Assembly: GCA_013265495.1 (NCBI GenBank) | Contig: MU058714.1 | Coordinates: 62,001-126,000, forward strand | Length of the DNA stretch: 64,000 nt | Direction: 5' to 3' | Source of the DNA: Vicugna vicugna | Lineage: Eukaryota | The notes under the pieces: generated by a model | Told to the model about the DNA's origin: nothing | Seen by the model: the letters and a program-made list of their open reading frames with translations, nothing else | The model's database searches: none | Shown here: positions 34,916-47,680 of the stretch, piece by piece | How positions within the stretch are numbered: the first letter of the stretch is position 1 | Layout of the letters: each line of letters starts with the position of its first letter | Made by a program: the position numbers and the translations under genes

Positions 34916-37900
34916 GATTCCTGCCAACAGTATAGTGGAACCCCTGAGCCCCTGTGCACCCCAACCCCAGACTTTCACCATCACACGTGCCGTAGCCGGA
35001 GAAACATGCCACCTCTACCCTGTCTCTCCTCCACTCCCAGGAAAGGGGAAATTTGGGCATTTTCCCAAAAAACTCTGCTGATTTAAAAAAAAAAAAACAG
35101 GGGAGGGGGAGCTGCCTGAGACGGTCAGTTGTAGATGGAATACAAAAAGAAGAGAGACCAAAACCAAAATCAAAACCAACCCAGACCAGCAGAGGCGCCC
35201 GTGGGGGAAGGCTGCCCGCGTGGTCCTCCTCAGCAGGACGAATGTCCTTACCCAAGCTGCGGATTGAGGGCTGCGCTCTCTCAATGTCCTTGACCTGGAA
35301 TCCAAATTCCCCCAAAGGAAGGTGCGAGTCTCTAGGTGGAAGATGCGCCATGGATCTGGTTACCCCTTAAGAACCTCAAAGGCACTGTGAGTCCCCACGG
35401 CACTCCAAAGTCCTGGTGTGGGGGGTGTGGGGAGGGACCACAGACAGGAACCCTGAGGAAGCTCGCAAGCCCCATCCTTCCTGCATGGCCGGTGGCACGT
35501 GGGTGGCAGGTTTTCACCGGAGTGAGGGGAGAAGGTTCTGGGCGCCGGCAAAGCCATGGCCACAGAGTGGAGACTGGCTTCTCTGCCCTTTCTCAGACCC
35601 ACACCTGGTGGCGGTGGGAAACAGGAGGAGGCTGGGCAGCCGTCAGGCACTCATTTGGGCCCCCAGCCCGGGAAGCGCTGGCACCTGCACACCCAGCCTG
35701 CGCCGTCCTTCTGGGGCCTGGCCAGCGGCCACTCGTACTGGCTTCCACGGGGCACACAGCTGCCACGCCATCTGCAGCCCAGCCGGCGGCCCTGGGCCCT
35801 GTGCCCTCAGTGAGTGGCCCTTGCCAGCCTCGCACGGGCTGGGGGCAGAGTCGCTGGGACCCACCCAGCTGCCCTGAGCAGGCGGCTGGGGGCTCTGGGG
35901 GGCGGGCACAGTGGACACAGAGCGGTGCTATGATGCTGTCCAACGGGCGGGGGGGGGGTGGGGGAGGGGGTGCCCCTCGGCAGGGACTGCACGGGACGGC
36001 GCACAGAGACAGGAGTCCCTAAGCCCTTCCCCTTCCTCAGGGGTCTGGGGTGGGAACTGTGGAGGTCAGGAGATCCTCAGTGCGCTGGGGGATCGAGTTG
36101 GGGCCAGGACTCCCCAGCAGCTGAGGGTCTCTCTCTTCCTCTTGTGCTCTTGCTGGGGCTGGTGGTCCATGCACAGCCCCACAGAGGCTCAGACCCCTCC
36201 CAGCCCCTTCCAGGGTCCCACTCCAGTCTACATCAGGGATTTGCCAGCAGTACTTTCTAACAAAATGCAAATCAGCAATTGCCTTGCTGAAGAACAAGAG
36301 GGGGAAAAAATCACTGTAAACAAAATCTCTGTCACCATGGAGACCATTAAAAATAGGCTGCCCACCCTCCCAGCTTCTTTCTGGGTAACATACAGCTGAG
36401 TTCCTTCGCACTACATTATTATTACTTTTTAATTATGAATAATTTCCTCCTTTCCATAGGAAGATGGATTAATGCACAAAACTTTCAAACGAAGCCCCCC
36501 CTCCTTTAGGATGTATTTCAATGTGCAAATGAGTTTATGTCCCAGTTAACCCCTTCTGTTCCACCTGGCTTCCCATCTGTCGCTGCCTGTCTGCACTGGG
36601 GTCTTGCAATGGATTCTGAGAATGCAAGGGCAGGTCCAGGAGGAGCCTGGCCAGGCTCAGAGACCGCTGCTGGAAGCAGTAGACCCCTGGAGAGGGCAGG
36701 CACGACGGAAGAGGTATGTCCTGGGGGAAGGACACACACCACGGGCTCCCTCCTGCTGGCGAGCGGGCTCTGGTCCCGGCTCACCAGTGCAGCGATGGGA
36801 TGCGATGTCTGTCCATTTTGCCCAGGTAGCTCCTAGGTACCCAAGACCAGGACGAGATGCAGGGCAGGGGGGCTGGGACGGAGCCAGGGCAGCCGGAGAG
36901 GCTGGCTGGGTCCCACCCTCCGTCCCCAGAGGGCTCCCAAGCCACCGATTTCCCCAGCTGCCAACACGTAGGAAGCCAGCGCCGGCCACCGCCGCCTAGA
37001 AGAGTGAGTAAACCCATCCCACAATCGCAGTGGCCAGGCTGCAGCCCCACCCGCAGGTGTCTGAGTCGGGGGCGCTCAGGTGACCTCCCACACCGCTCAG
37101 AAACTCAGGCCGCACCCTGCCACTTGCGAGGACCGCCGAGCCGGGGCCCCTGGGCTGAAGCCCTGCAAAGTGGGACAGAACCTTCGCATATTGAAAGCAC
37201 ATAGAGGTTCCAAAGAGGCAAACCCTTAGTGTGCAGAATTCCACCCAGGCTGGGGCGGGATGCAGAGCCTGGTGTGAGTGGCCAAGAGGGGACTCCTCGG
37301 AGGGCAGTCTGTGTGTACAGGGGGCAGGATATGGGGACCCGGGCCTCTGAGCACACTGCACACCCCAGGAGGAGCCCCTCACGCTGGAGTCAGCCCCTTC
37401 CACCTCCGCAAGTGCAGACGCCCCCGACCCCTCAGGCTCTCCGCTCCCCAGGGCTCCCAGGGGGCCTGTGCCTCCTTCCATCCCCTCCTCCTCCTTGCCC
37501 TGCTCCCCAGGACCCATGTGGTGCCAGCCATGGAGTCCTGCCAGGCCCCGCCAAGGCAGGGCAGGGCTGCCCACAGGTGTCCACCAAGGCCAAGGGCTGT
37601 CACCTGCAAGGACAGGTCCCAGTACATCCGGGAGGGCCGAGGGGCAGCAGGGGCCCTGCCTGTGAGTAGCGCCCTGCATCGGCAGCCCTTGGGTCAGGAA
37701 CAGAACCTGGGGCATCCCTGTGCCTCGGTGGAAGCCCCTGCCAAGCGGCCCCTTCCTGCTCTGCCCACAGCCAAGCCCCCAGCCTCCTCCCTCCCTCCCA
37801 ATGTGCAGCAAGGACAGCGTCAAAGGGTCCCTGTTCCCACTGCTTCCCTGTCCAGGAAGAATGCCTACTCTTTTCAGGGCCCAAGATGGCGACAGCGCCC

Positions 37901-38600
37901 AGGGCTTCGGGGGTGGGCCTGCAGCGGCAACCCATCCTGTCACTTTAGCCGGGGGTGGGCCCTGGGGACAAGCCCAGGTGAAGGGACGCAGGGCAGTGGG
38001 GGCCTCCCTCCCTGCACCCCCCCGAGGGTGGGGAAGGGCTGCTGCTCACAGTTCGGAAGCCTTGAGCCAGGCTGCCTGGGTGCTGACCCCTCGGTCTGAC
38101 AGCAGAGCTGCCTCTTTTGTGACCTTTCGAATCTACAGCAACACGAAGGGAAAAGCCCCTTGGGGTGAAGGTCTGGAAAGGCCGCTTGTGGACCAGAGGA
38201 CATCCTGTTTCAGGGACGTGGCTCCCCTTGGGCGGGGCTAGCTGAGCTCCTCCCACCCGGCTGGCCGGGAACCTCTCACCTGGCTGGCCGGTGACATCGC
38301 ACCCGGCTGGCAGGTTGGGCAGAGCCCAGCTTCTTCCCAGGAGCCCTGGGCCTGGTGGAGCGTGGTACCCCTGCCAGGTGGGGGTGGCCTCGCTCACTCC
38401 CCTCACCTCTGCAGAAGGCGGGCCTCTCTCTCCTGGTGACAGAACAGCAAGGCACTTGGCTCAGGTGACAGGAGAGGAGAGAAGCACCATGAAGTCACCT
38501 GCAGGCATCACTGCACAGCTGAGGGGAGGGGAGGGGCCCTTCATTGCCTGATTAAACCTCTGCCACCAGCACAGTCTTCCGGGCCCCGCCCGGCCCCCCT

Positions 38601-38621
38601 GCCAGCACCCCGGACAGAGGT
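38601..38621 (+). promoter_or_regulatory. Candidate REST/RE1 site
   Basis: GCCAGCACCCCGGACAGAGGT has both half-sites, CAGCACC and GGACAG, at canonical 2-bp spacing. Flanks are degenerate. Confidence 0.4.
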
Positions 38622-38770
38622 GGGCTCTGCGGTCTTTCCTGGGGACTTCGGAGAGGACCACGGCCAAGACCCGTGTGCGCAGGTTTCATGCAGGTGTAGG
38701 TGGTCAGACCAGAACGTTAGGACAGGCACAGCAAGCGACAGGTGTTCACCAGCTACCGACAGTGGACACC

Positions 38771-38792
38771 TGTGTGTGTGTGTGTGTGTGTG
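38771..38792. repeat. (TG)11 microsatellite
   Basis: Seen directly. Confidence 0.95.
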
Positions 38793-41499
38793 TACGTGCA
38801 TGTGTGAAATCTGGAGGCACCCAGGGCCTGTGGGCACACAGCACATGCCACACTGCCTCTTTTAAACAACACGACTGTGGAGAAGCCCCTTAATCGCTGA
38901 CCCTCAGTGTAGGGGAAAGCGACTCACCGCCTTCCCACCTGCAGGCGGAGTGACCGCCGGGGCCCAGACTCCATGACGTGTGAGAGCGTCTTGCAGAGCA
39001 GCGCAGAATTCAAAGGTGCGTGTGTTTCTGTGCAAGTTCTGGACGCTCTGGCATCCCCGCTTCCTTCCCTCCAGTGGGATCATTAGAGAGCTAAGATTAA
39101 CAGGTGCGTCCCCTTTTAGGCAAATCCGCTGCTGAAAAGACACCAATTGGCTGATGATCCACTTCACAAAAGGTTCCCTCATGTGGAGATGGAAGCCTCC
39201 AGAGCGCACTCTACACACTGCCGTTTGTTACAATACTTGTCGAGCCACAGGGCTTTCAGATCCCGTGTGCGGCCCTGAGTCAGGGACTCCCGACAGGAAC
39301 GCCCCGCCCAGCCCAGAGCCGGCGGCCCCTGGACGGCCCTGGCGCGGGTCCCCTGGCAGGTGTGGCAGCCCCCTGGACTTCTCAGTCCTGGGCCCCGCCC
39401 AGGCCCTCTCCTGCCTCTCTGGGAAGGGTGACGTGGGCCTGCCCCTGCTCATGGGGTTTTGGGGTTCTCCACAGGCACAGCAATCAGCGGGTAGAGCCGG
39501 GAAAGCAAAGCTGAAGCCCCACCGGTTCCCGCTTTCCTGGCCTCGGCCCCCATGGCCTCTTCTGTTGGCTGACATTAATCGGTGTGTTTTGGCAGAGATG
39601 AACCAAAACTGTGAGCATAATCGCTTTTCTGAGTTCTGGGAGTCCTTCTAGTCAACTACAGGATCTGAGGGTGGTTTTGGAAGCCCCCAACTTGACGCTG
39701 GCGTCAGAAGTGTGGCTGGTCCAGTGCGGCTGCCGCTTCCAATGAAGTGAGACCCCTCAGCTCCTGCAGAGGGGGCTGGGGGCTCGCCAGCAGGATGCCG
39801 CCCAGGTGGCCGGGCCCCGGGGACCCCTCCAGGCTCACAGGTTACATCCACCGCATGGCACCGCTGCCCAGCCCCTCTGCTCTGAAGAAAGCAGGATGCC
39901 AACGGTCCAAAACAAGAAGGGTGTGCGGGCGTCACCTGGACGTGAAGACAGGCACACACCATGAGGGTCTGGCACTGGGTACCAGGCAGGGAGGCCACAG
40001 AGATCAAGGACGCAGGGAATGTGGGCTCATCACCCCAGCAGTGGACCCCAAATGACTAAGTGAGACAAGGTGGCCCCAGGCAGCACCCAGCTACACTTCC
40101 TCCTCCTCCTGGGGGCAGGGGTCTCCTTTGAGGCCAGAGGAGGAAGAAGGAAGTGATAAAGCCTAGGAGACCCTACGGAAGACAGCCCCCAGAGCCCGAA
40201 GCCAGACAGGCTGAAAGGCACCGCGCCCAGCTTTCCAAGTTTCTCCAGCACCCCCAGCAGGCCCCCCATCTGGCAACGGCCTCCATCTGCACACGCCCCC
40301 CTTACGCAGTTTCAGCTCCTCAGAACCACAGGAGCCTCCTTCCCACCCCTCAAGCAGGACCAGAATAATGAAAAAAGAAAGAAAGCGGAGGAAAAATGTC
40401 CCATTTTTCAAACTGGTGTGTCAAAGTCCGAACCATGTAATCTCGTTTCATTAGGGCTTGTGGCCTGGGGCCCCGGGCAGAAGGCTCTCCTGTGAGCCCC
40501 TCCCTCCCTCCGAGGTTCCCGTTCTCCCGGGGGCTTTGCTGGGGGTGGGGAGCAGGCTGTCGAGACGTTACTGCAGCCGAGGGTTCTGACTGTCGTGTAT
40601 CCATCAAAGGCCCGGCCACCTTCCGGGACTGAGTGATGCATGGAGCCAGCTGTGCCGAGGGCTTTATTAAAATCCCGCCCACATGAGATTGGCGGGGGAG
40701 GCCTGCTGGCTGCTGGCTTCCGTGGTAAACAACCGCCAGCCCTGCGGGGGCTGCACCAGGTTGGGGTGGATGGGAGGGGGCGTCCAGGTCGGGGAGGAGC
40801 CAGGGGAGAGAGGAGGTGTGAGGGGCCTGGTTCACACTTTAGCACATCCCCTGTTCTGGGCATTGGCAGGACCTGGAGCCTAGGGGAGCCCCAGGGAGAA
40901 GGGGGTGGGCAGGGAGGGAGAGGACAGGTCATGAGGGGCCCCTGGAGACACTGTCAGGGTCAAGCAAGCAGAGGGAAGCCTTGTGCAGAGCAGCTGGGAG
41001 CAGGCTGGGTTCATGCAGCCCGAGGGCTCGCCCAGCAGTGGATGGAACCCATGCTTTCCTTACACCCACCTGGCCTTCCTGCCAGCACCAGCGCCACCAG
41101 GACACAATCGGCCTCCATCACGCCAGCTCTCCCTGTATCCACGTGTGCAGCCGCTACAGCCAAGGGTGCAAAGGGGCGGCCCTCACGCAGGCAGTGCCTC
41201 CAGGAAGTGGGGGTTCACACACCCCCCAACAGCCCCTGCAGACGGCTCTGTGCCACTGGCCCAGCAGGGCACCAGCACAGGGTTTCCCACGCAGGCTGCC
41301 TCCTCTCTGCCCCTTCTGCACACACTTTTGGTTCCCGTGTATCCCTGGGAAGGGTCCTCAGAGCCCACCAGAGCCAGGGCTGGGCTGGGGCAGGTGGGGG
41401 GGATGCCGGAGTCTTGGCCTGTTTCAGAACCGCACATGGTCCCCCTGCTGTACCCCCACCTGTCTGGGTGCCCAAGCTGGGAACCTGGGGCTCTGCCTT

Positions 41500-41700
41500 C
41501 ATCACCACCTGCCTTCCAAATCAATATGTCGAAGCCCAAACCCCCCGTGTGACTATTTGGAGACGGGATGTTATGGAGGCAATTAAGGTGAGATGAGGTC
41601 ACAAGGGTGGGCCTTGATCTGATAGGATCAGTGCCCTCCTAAGAACATACAGCAGAGAGAGCACCTGCGTTCCCGCCCCCAGCGCGCATGGAGGACACAT
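41500..41700 (+). mobile_element. MLT1A-like LTR fragment
   Basis: CCAAATCAATATGTCGAAGCCCAAACCCCCCGTGTGACTATTTGGAGA...AATTAAGGTGAGATGAGGTCACAAGGGTGGGCC. Confidence 0.8.
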
Positions 41701-42359
41701 TCACGCCCACACGCACACACGCCCACACGCTCACACTTCCTTGAGGCCTCTCTGCCTCTCAACTGCTATGTTCACAGCCGGCAGCAGGACCTCACAGCCC
41801 AGGACGTGCTGCCAGGCCTGCTGGGCACGGCCGAGCTCCCCCTCGACGTGGCCGCCACCACCGAAACCGCTGAGGGCCGGGCTCCCGGCCCTTCTCCTCC
41901 GAGAGTGAGTCCAGGTCACCTCTCCCCCTCAGCCTTAAGGCAGTCACAGGGCAGCCGCCGCCACGTCCACCTGCCTCTCGAAGTATGCCCCCCCAGCCCC
42001 TGCCGGTGCCCTGAATTCGAGACGGGAGGGGGAGGAAGTGGGAGAGGGACTGGTGCGGGGGCAGCAGGTGGGGAAGGTGGGAAAGAAGATGCAGAAGTCG
42101 GGCTGGAGGAGGAAGACCACGCCATGGAACTGGTCAGATTTTGTATCAACTGTCACTTCTCGTCCGGTCCCGCAGGCAGCGACTTTACTAAGAAGCACAG
42201 GGTGGTCAGGCTGCTGGGGGCTGTGAGGCTGGGTCCCCATGAGCCGGACCTGAGGCGCAGGCCCGGACCAATGAGCAGACGGTGCCCCAGTTCACCCCCC
42301 CACATCATTGTCATCTGTGCCCCAAACGATGGCCTTCTGCTCTGAGCCAGGTAGATGCC

Positions 42360-42520
42360 GACTCTCATTCCTACAGCCCTGTCAGCGGAACCAGGAGCTC
42401 CATTTCACAGGTGAAAAAACTGAGGCTGGTGGAAAGGCAGTGTCTCGCCGGGGTCACATGCTTCTTAAGTGGGAGCCAGGATTTGACTCTGGCTCCATTG
42501 GGTTCCAGAGCCATGATCCC
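42360..42520 (-). mobile_element. MIR
   Basis: CCATTTCACAGGTGAAAAAACTGAGGCT...GGTCACA...AAGTGGGAGCCAGGATTTGA...TCCAGAGCC. Confidence 0.8.
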
Positions 42521-43674
42521 TGCAATGTTTTCTTTCTTACAGGAGGAAAGGGAGAGTTTAAAAATTAAACAGCCTTCGATCTAGGTACCCGTGCTTCTGC
42601 TCAGCCCAGGCCCTGTGTGTGAATCCTTGACTTGACCTGGGAACTGGGCTCTGTGACTCTTGAAGGAAAGGTGGTGGGAAGGGCGGTGGGGCACAAGGAT
42701 GTGGGCCTCCAGCACCCCAGGCCCCACCCGATGGTGCATACAGGAGGTGCCTGGTGATGGGATCCTAGGGACATGTGACCAGCAGGGCTTCCCCAGCACT
42801 GTACCCGGACAGCGGGCCCAGCCTCCGGCTCTGAAGACGTTTGATTCCGACAAGAGCCCAGTGGCGGGGAGAGCCACAGCAGGCAAGAATCTTAGAGGAC
42901 TGAGCCTGTCTGAAACATCTTGGAAGGAAAAAAAACATACAAGAAGAAAGTGGAAAACAGAGATTCAAACCAGTGCCTAAAACCCTCCAACACACCAGTA
43001 AATGGAAAACCACATCTACACTTCAGGAGTCTTTCCAACGACAGTTTATTTAACTGTCCTTTTAAAGGGACTCTTAATCAGAAAGGTGATTTCAAAATCA
43101 AATATGCTTTTGGAAGTACTTTTATTCCCAGAGTAAAGTATAAATATGATTTACCCTCTACCATGCTCAACAAATATTATTTCTCATCCGCCAACAGACT
43201 CCCTCCTAAGAACACGGGGCACGAGGGCAGGGCTGCCGGACCAGCACACGCACGAAGCCCTGAATTCCGATGCTGCCTGCGGACCTCAACCTGTCGACTC
43301 ACGTTTGCCAGAAACACGGCAGAAAGGGTCAAGACGGGAAATTAGCTGGTGTCTGCAGCCTGGAACTTCCCAGACCAACTCAGAGAGTCGCTCTTCACTG
43401 CAAGGGATACAACGTTTCAGTCAGCTCCGAGACCACATTCGTGAACATCAGCCCAGGGAATCGATGGCGGGACCAGGGGCCCGGACAGCAGACACACAGT
43501 GCGGAGAAGGACACACATAAACGTGCGGGCGGGTCCCGTTGTTCACGGACGTGTGTTCTGTACCATCGCTGCCAACACTGAATTAGTGGACACGGAACCC
43601 CCGCTCCTCGGGGAAGCACTGGCTTAGTTCTGGGGCGCCTCTGGCCGTGACACCCTCGTCAGCTCAGCGATACG

Positions 43675-44135
43675 TGGCCGTCTTAACCCTTCTGAGCGGG
43701 CAGTGCAGGGGTGTTAAGTACATTCACATTCTTGGGCAGCCAACACGACCACTGAACCCCAGACCTATTTTCATCTTGTAAACCTGGAACTCTGTGCCGT
43801 TGAACACCAGCTGCCCCCGCCGCCCCCAGCCCCCGCCGCTCACTGCACTCTCTGCCTCTGTGAATCGGACTCTTCCAGCTCCCTCCCACGACTGGAATCA
43901 GGTTTGTCCTTTGTGACTGGCTGATCTCACCCTGCATAATGTTCACGGGCTCATCCGCATCGGCACATGGTCAGAATTCCCTTCCCTTTTAAGGCTGAAC
44001 ACTGTTCCATGGTGTGCACGGCCGTCACCCGTCAGTGGGCACTGGGGCTGCTTCCACCTTTTGGCGACTGTGGTGATGCTGCTGTGACCACAGGTGTGCA
44101 AACATCTCTTCAAGGCCCTGCTTTCAACTCTTTTG
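43675..44135 (-). mobile_element. L1MB-like 3' end
   Basis: TTAAGTACATTCACATT...TTTTCATCTTGTAAACCTGGAACTCTGT...TTTGTCCTTTGTGACTGGCT...TTTAAGGCTGAA...GCTTCCACCTTTTGGC...CCTGCTTTCAACTCTTTTG. Confidence 0.88.
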
Positions 44136-47100
44136 CAAAAGCTAGGGGAGTGCTTTTTTGGAGGGTTGTTTTTTGTTTTTCATAGAAACAAACATCCACA
44201 TGGAGCTTCACTTCTGGGGCCAGGCCCCGGAAGCTGGCTGGGCTCCTGGGGGAGCTAGTCAGACGCAGGTCAGACTTCCAGGGGGGAGGGGGGGGGGAGG
44301 GGGCGGTGTCTGTGTTCGCTCACTGGAGGCACACATGCATTTTTAAACAGTCACTAATGACCCTTTATTCACGTGCAACCTGTTGGGCTAGAAATATTAC
44401 CTTATTTGTTTGAAGTGGAAACAAAGGACAATTAATTAATTTGTTAATTATTCTTTCCTCCTTTCCGAGAACACCGGTATCAAAGGCCCCGCGTCCCAGA
44501 GGTGGAGGGAACGGATTCGTTCACTGATGAGGAACCAGGAGATGCCCTGAGGCACGGGAAGGGAAAAAAAATCAAAAAGCAAACGTTGTACACGGTTTCA
44601 AAAGGCGATCTAATTGGAATGATCCTAGAAACCCCACCGGCTCCGCGTCTCAGTAGGACACGCCCCACAGTTTGCCAGGCTGCCTCCCACAGATCTGCAC
44701 TTTATGCCTAACTCCAGAAATGCACAAGAGGTGCCATGAAGTTAAACATCTAGAACACGGGGCTTCCGGGCTCTCCTCTCTGGCTCCTCTGCTCTCTGCA
44801 TTAATCAGCTGGCCTCGTCCGCACGCCCTCCCAGCCCACGCTCTGCAGGAGGCGGACACCTTCAACTGGCCGGCGCTGGCAAGGGCAGCAAGCTTGCCCG
44901 CTGGAGGAGCAGCGCTTCCGCAGAGACAGCAGGACACCTGGGGGCAAACAGGAGACGGTGAGCAGCTGCCCCCCCCAGGTCCCCTCCCTGCCCTCCTGTC
45001 TCCTGCCTCTGGGCCAGGACTCTTCTGCATCCTCACCCTCCCCGCCGCGACCCGGGTCTCGGTCAGTCCATCTGGACATCCTCCCTGGGCAGTGTCCAGA
45101 GGTGGCCCCACCTGTCACGCCCCTGTGTCCTCGCCCTTTGTCATGTGACTGACTTCACAGCCCCTCCCACAGAAGCTGAGCGCACTTCCCACCCCAGGAC
45201 ATCGGGCTTGGCTGCGTGACTTGCCTTGACCAGTGAGAGGTGAGACTTCGAGATGCAAGCAAAGGCTATAAAGGTGTTTGTGTGTTGGGTTCGTGCCTCT
45301 GCTGTGGCCACTGGAACTCCCCCGGGAGCCCACAGCTTTTAGCAGAAGCACCGGCCGAGCCCAGCCCAGCCCAGATCAGCCAACACCCTGCCAACCTGCA
45401 GGCACACAGCAAGAATTCAGCTGGTTCTCGTTATTTGCGGAGTTCTAGAAAGTCCTTGCCAACCTTTGCTCCTAGGGGAAATACAGGACCCTGAGCACAG
45501 TGTTTTCATCAGCATACCAGTGCACAGGCTTATTTTCTGTGCATTTCTGTTTAAAGGCGCCTTACTAAGCACACACTGTCAGTTCACCGCACTGAGCTCG
45601 CTCAGTGAGTCAGCAGCACCGTAACCTGCGCCTGCATGAACCTCACCCAGCGCCCACGCTTCCTCCATAGGGCACGTCGCAGCCTCCCAGTGCTTAGGAA
45701 CAGCGGACAGCATTCAGCCCTGTGCTGGGGCCATTCTAACAGCAAAAGCACCAACAAAGAAGCACAAAAATACAAAAAGCGTGGCACTAAAATGTTCCAG
45801 CATGCGAGCTGGAACAGGAAGGCAGGCTGTCACCTGTTCAGCGTCAGCTGCGGCAGACGACTCAAATTTTTCCACTTTCTTCCGCACAAGCCTGCAAATG
45901 ACCGCGGAAGTGCCGTTTGTGTGGACTGGTTACAAAGCAATGTCAGCGAGGAGGCAAACATGCAATCCGCAAACAATGAGGGATAACCGTAAATTATTAC
46001 GGTTTTAGGCGGCTGACGGGTGGGGTAGTTGTTAGGCAGCAAGATCTGACTGTGACGTGAGAGGAGGACCCCGGGGACTCGTGCCCTCAGCTTCCAAGAT
46101 GGGAAGATCTGGAACGGTGGAAGGCACTAAGGCAGGCTGAAGTCTGTGGAACCAGCCAGCGTTCTCTGACTCCACCGCGGCGTAAAACTCCCAGCATGTG
46201 CACCACAGTGGGAAACAAAGCCCGCCAGCCCCTTTCCGGGCTACGTGGCTCTCCCTCGCCCCTGCACGGTGCAGCTGCATGACATCTGTCCGTGGCCCTC
46301 AGGAGACCTGAGCCCAGGCGGAGAACGAAGAAAACGGGCTCCTGTCCTCCAGGGGTTTCCACATCCTCGGTGTTGCCTTGACAACAACGCGAGGGGAGCA
46401 TCCTGGCAGCTGCTCTCCTACCATCAGCCGGGGCGCTGTGTGCGGGTTTGAGGAGCTGAGGGGCTGGGAGTCGGGGAAACACCGGCATGCCAGCCAGGTC
46501 CTCTCAGAAGGGGCTGGGCCAAGCTGCTTATTTCTGCAGGGCCAGCTTTGCCTGTAAAATGCAGGTATTTCTGTGCTAAGAGCCACTGAGAAGGGCTTCT
46601 TGCCGCAGGAAAGAAACCAGGCTGGCGGTGAATCCGTGTTCGTTTTCTAGACAATGTGGAATCAGAAGGGCAGTAAGCAGCCCCGTCCGTTCAGAAATAA
46701 CAAACGGGTCAGAGCCAGGAGACGAAAGGCAAGCCCACAGAAGATGAGCAGCTCGCCTGCATCTTTGTGACCTCGGCTCTGGTCTGACGCCCCGTGCGAG
46801 GGATACGCAGGTGGTCTGGGAGCGGGAAGAGCGCGAATGCTCCCGGCTGTCTGTGGGCCCCCTGGTTCTGACTGCCTGGCTTTGTTTAGGGGATTAGCCG
46901 AGAGGGCAGAGGGGGCCCAGATACATTCCGTATCTTCCTTAGGAAAGAGCGGATTAAAGTCATGCTGCTTCAAATCCATATTAGTCTGAACTTTACAGGA
47001 ACGTGGACGGGGAACAGAACTGCTTCTTCTGAGATGGGCGTGGGAGCCGTGGGGTCAGGCACCGGCCAAGCACGCTAGAACCCTCAGGGAAGCACTGCCC

Positions 47101-47554
47101 CTCGTGCAGAGTGACTGTGCCCACCCCGAGTCACTCTCATCCGGGCAAGTTAGAAATGCAGGTTCTAAGTCAAAAAGCACATGCGTTCACGTACAAAAAT
47201 ACCAAGGAACGTGACACCTCTGTGAGCTTGAGTTTCTCCCTTGTCACATGAAAGGTCATGCCCCTCCCCGAACTTGGTCCCCCTTGGTGCTCCGTTTCCT
47301 GCCCAGCGAGATGCAAGAGTGAGTTCTTGAAAATAACTGGTTCTGCAAGGGGGACACGTGCCGCTTCCCAGGGCTGGGCCCTTCCTGAGAGCCTCCCGCA
47401 GGGAAGACGTGCCCAGTGCCTCTGACCTTCTCCTCTGCCGACTTCCTAGGAAATGGGCCCTTCATTTAGAACCCCCGTCTCGCTGGGGATGGCACATCAG
47501 AGAGGATTCGCGCTCGGGCTCTGGAACCAGGATCCCAGCTCGGCCAGACTTCAG

Positions 47555-47680
47555 CTGCACCGGAGCTCTGACCGCAGGCCAGAGGCTCACCCTCCCTGCG
47601 CCTCGCTTAAGCTGCCTATAAAAGGAGACTGACAGCAGCATGCACCCCATCGGGCAGCTGTGGGGTTAAAAGAGGCAGCT
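47555..47680 (+). mobile_element. Highly diverged MIR
   Basis: Order TGACC...GCCTCGCTTAAGCTGCCTATAAAAGGAGACTGA...GCTGTGGGGTTAAAAGAG follows the MIR core. Confidence 0.5.

Noticed and set aside
40640..41596. 318-aa ORF, and similar long ORFs at 36996-37943, 37278-38099, 8187-8984 and 4350-5069
   Set aside because: Low-complexity P/G/A/R-rich, overlapping ORFs in multiple frames, and no recognisable domain. This one runs into an MLT1 LTR. Expected by chance at this GC content.
41806..42345. 179-aa ORF with an acidic stretch and a CxxC (CINC) motif
   Set aside because: No recognisable family, non-ATG start, no convincing splice boundaries; the acidic/Gly stretch is explained by purine-rich sequence.
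47617..47624. TATAAAAG TATA-box-like motif
   Set aside because: Corresponds to the CTGTAAAATG segment of a decayed MIR; no other promoter evidence.
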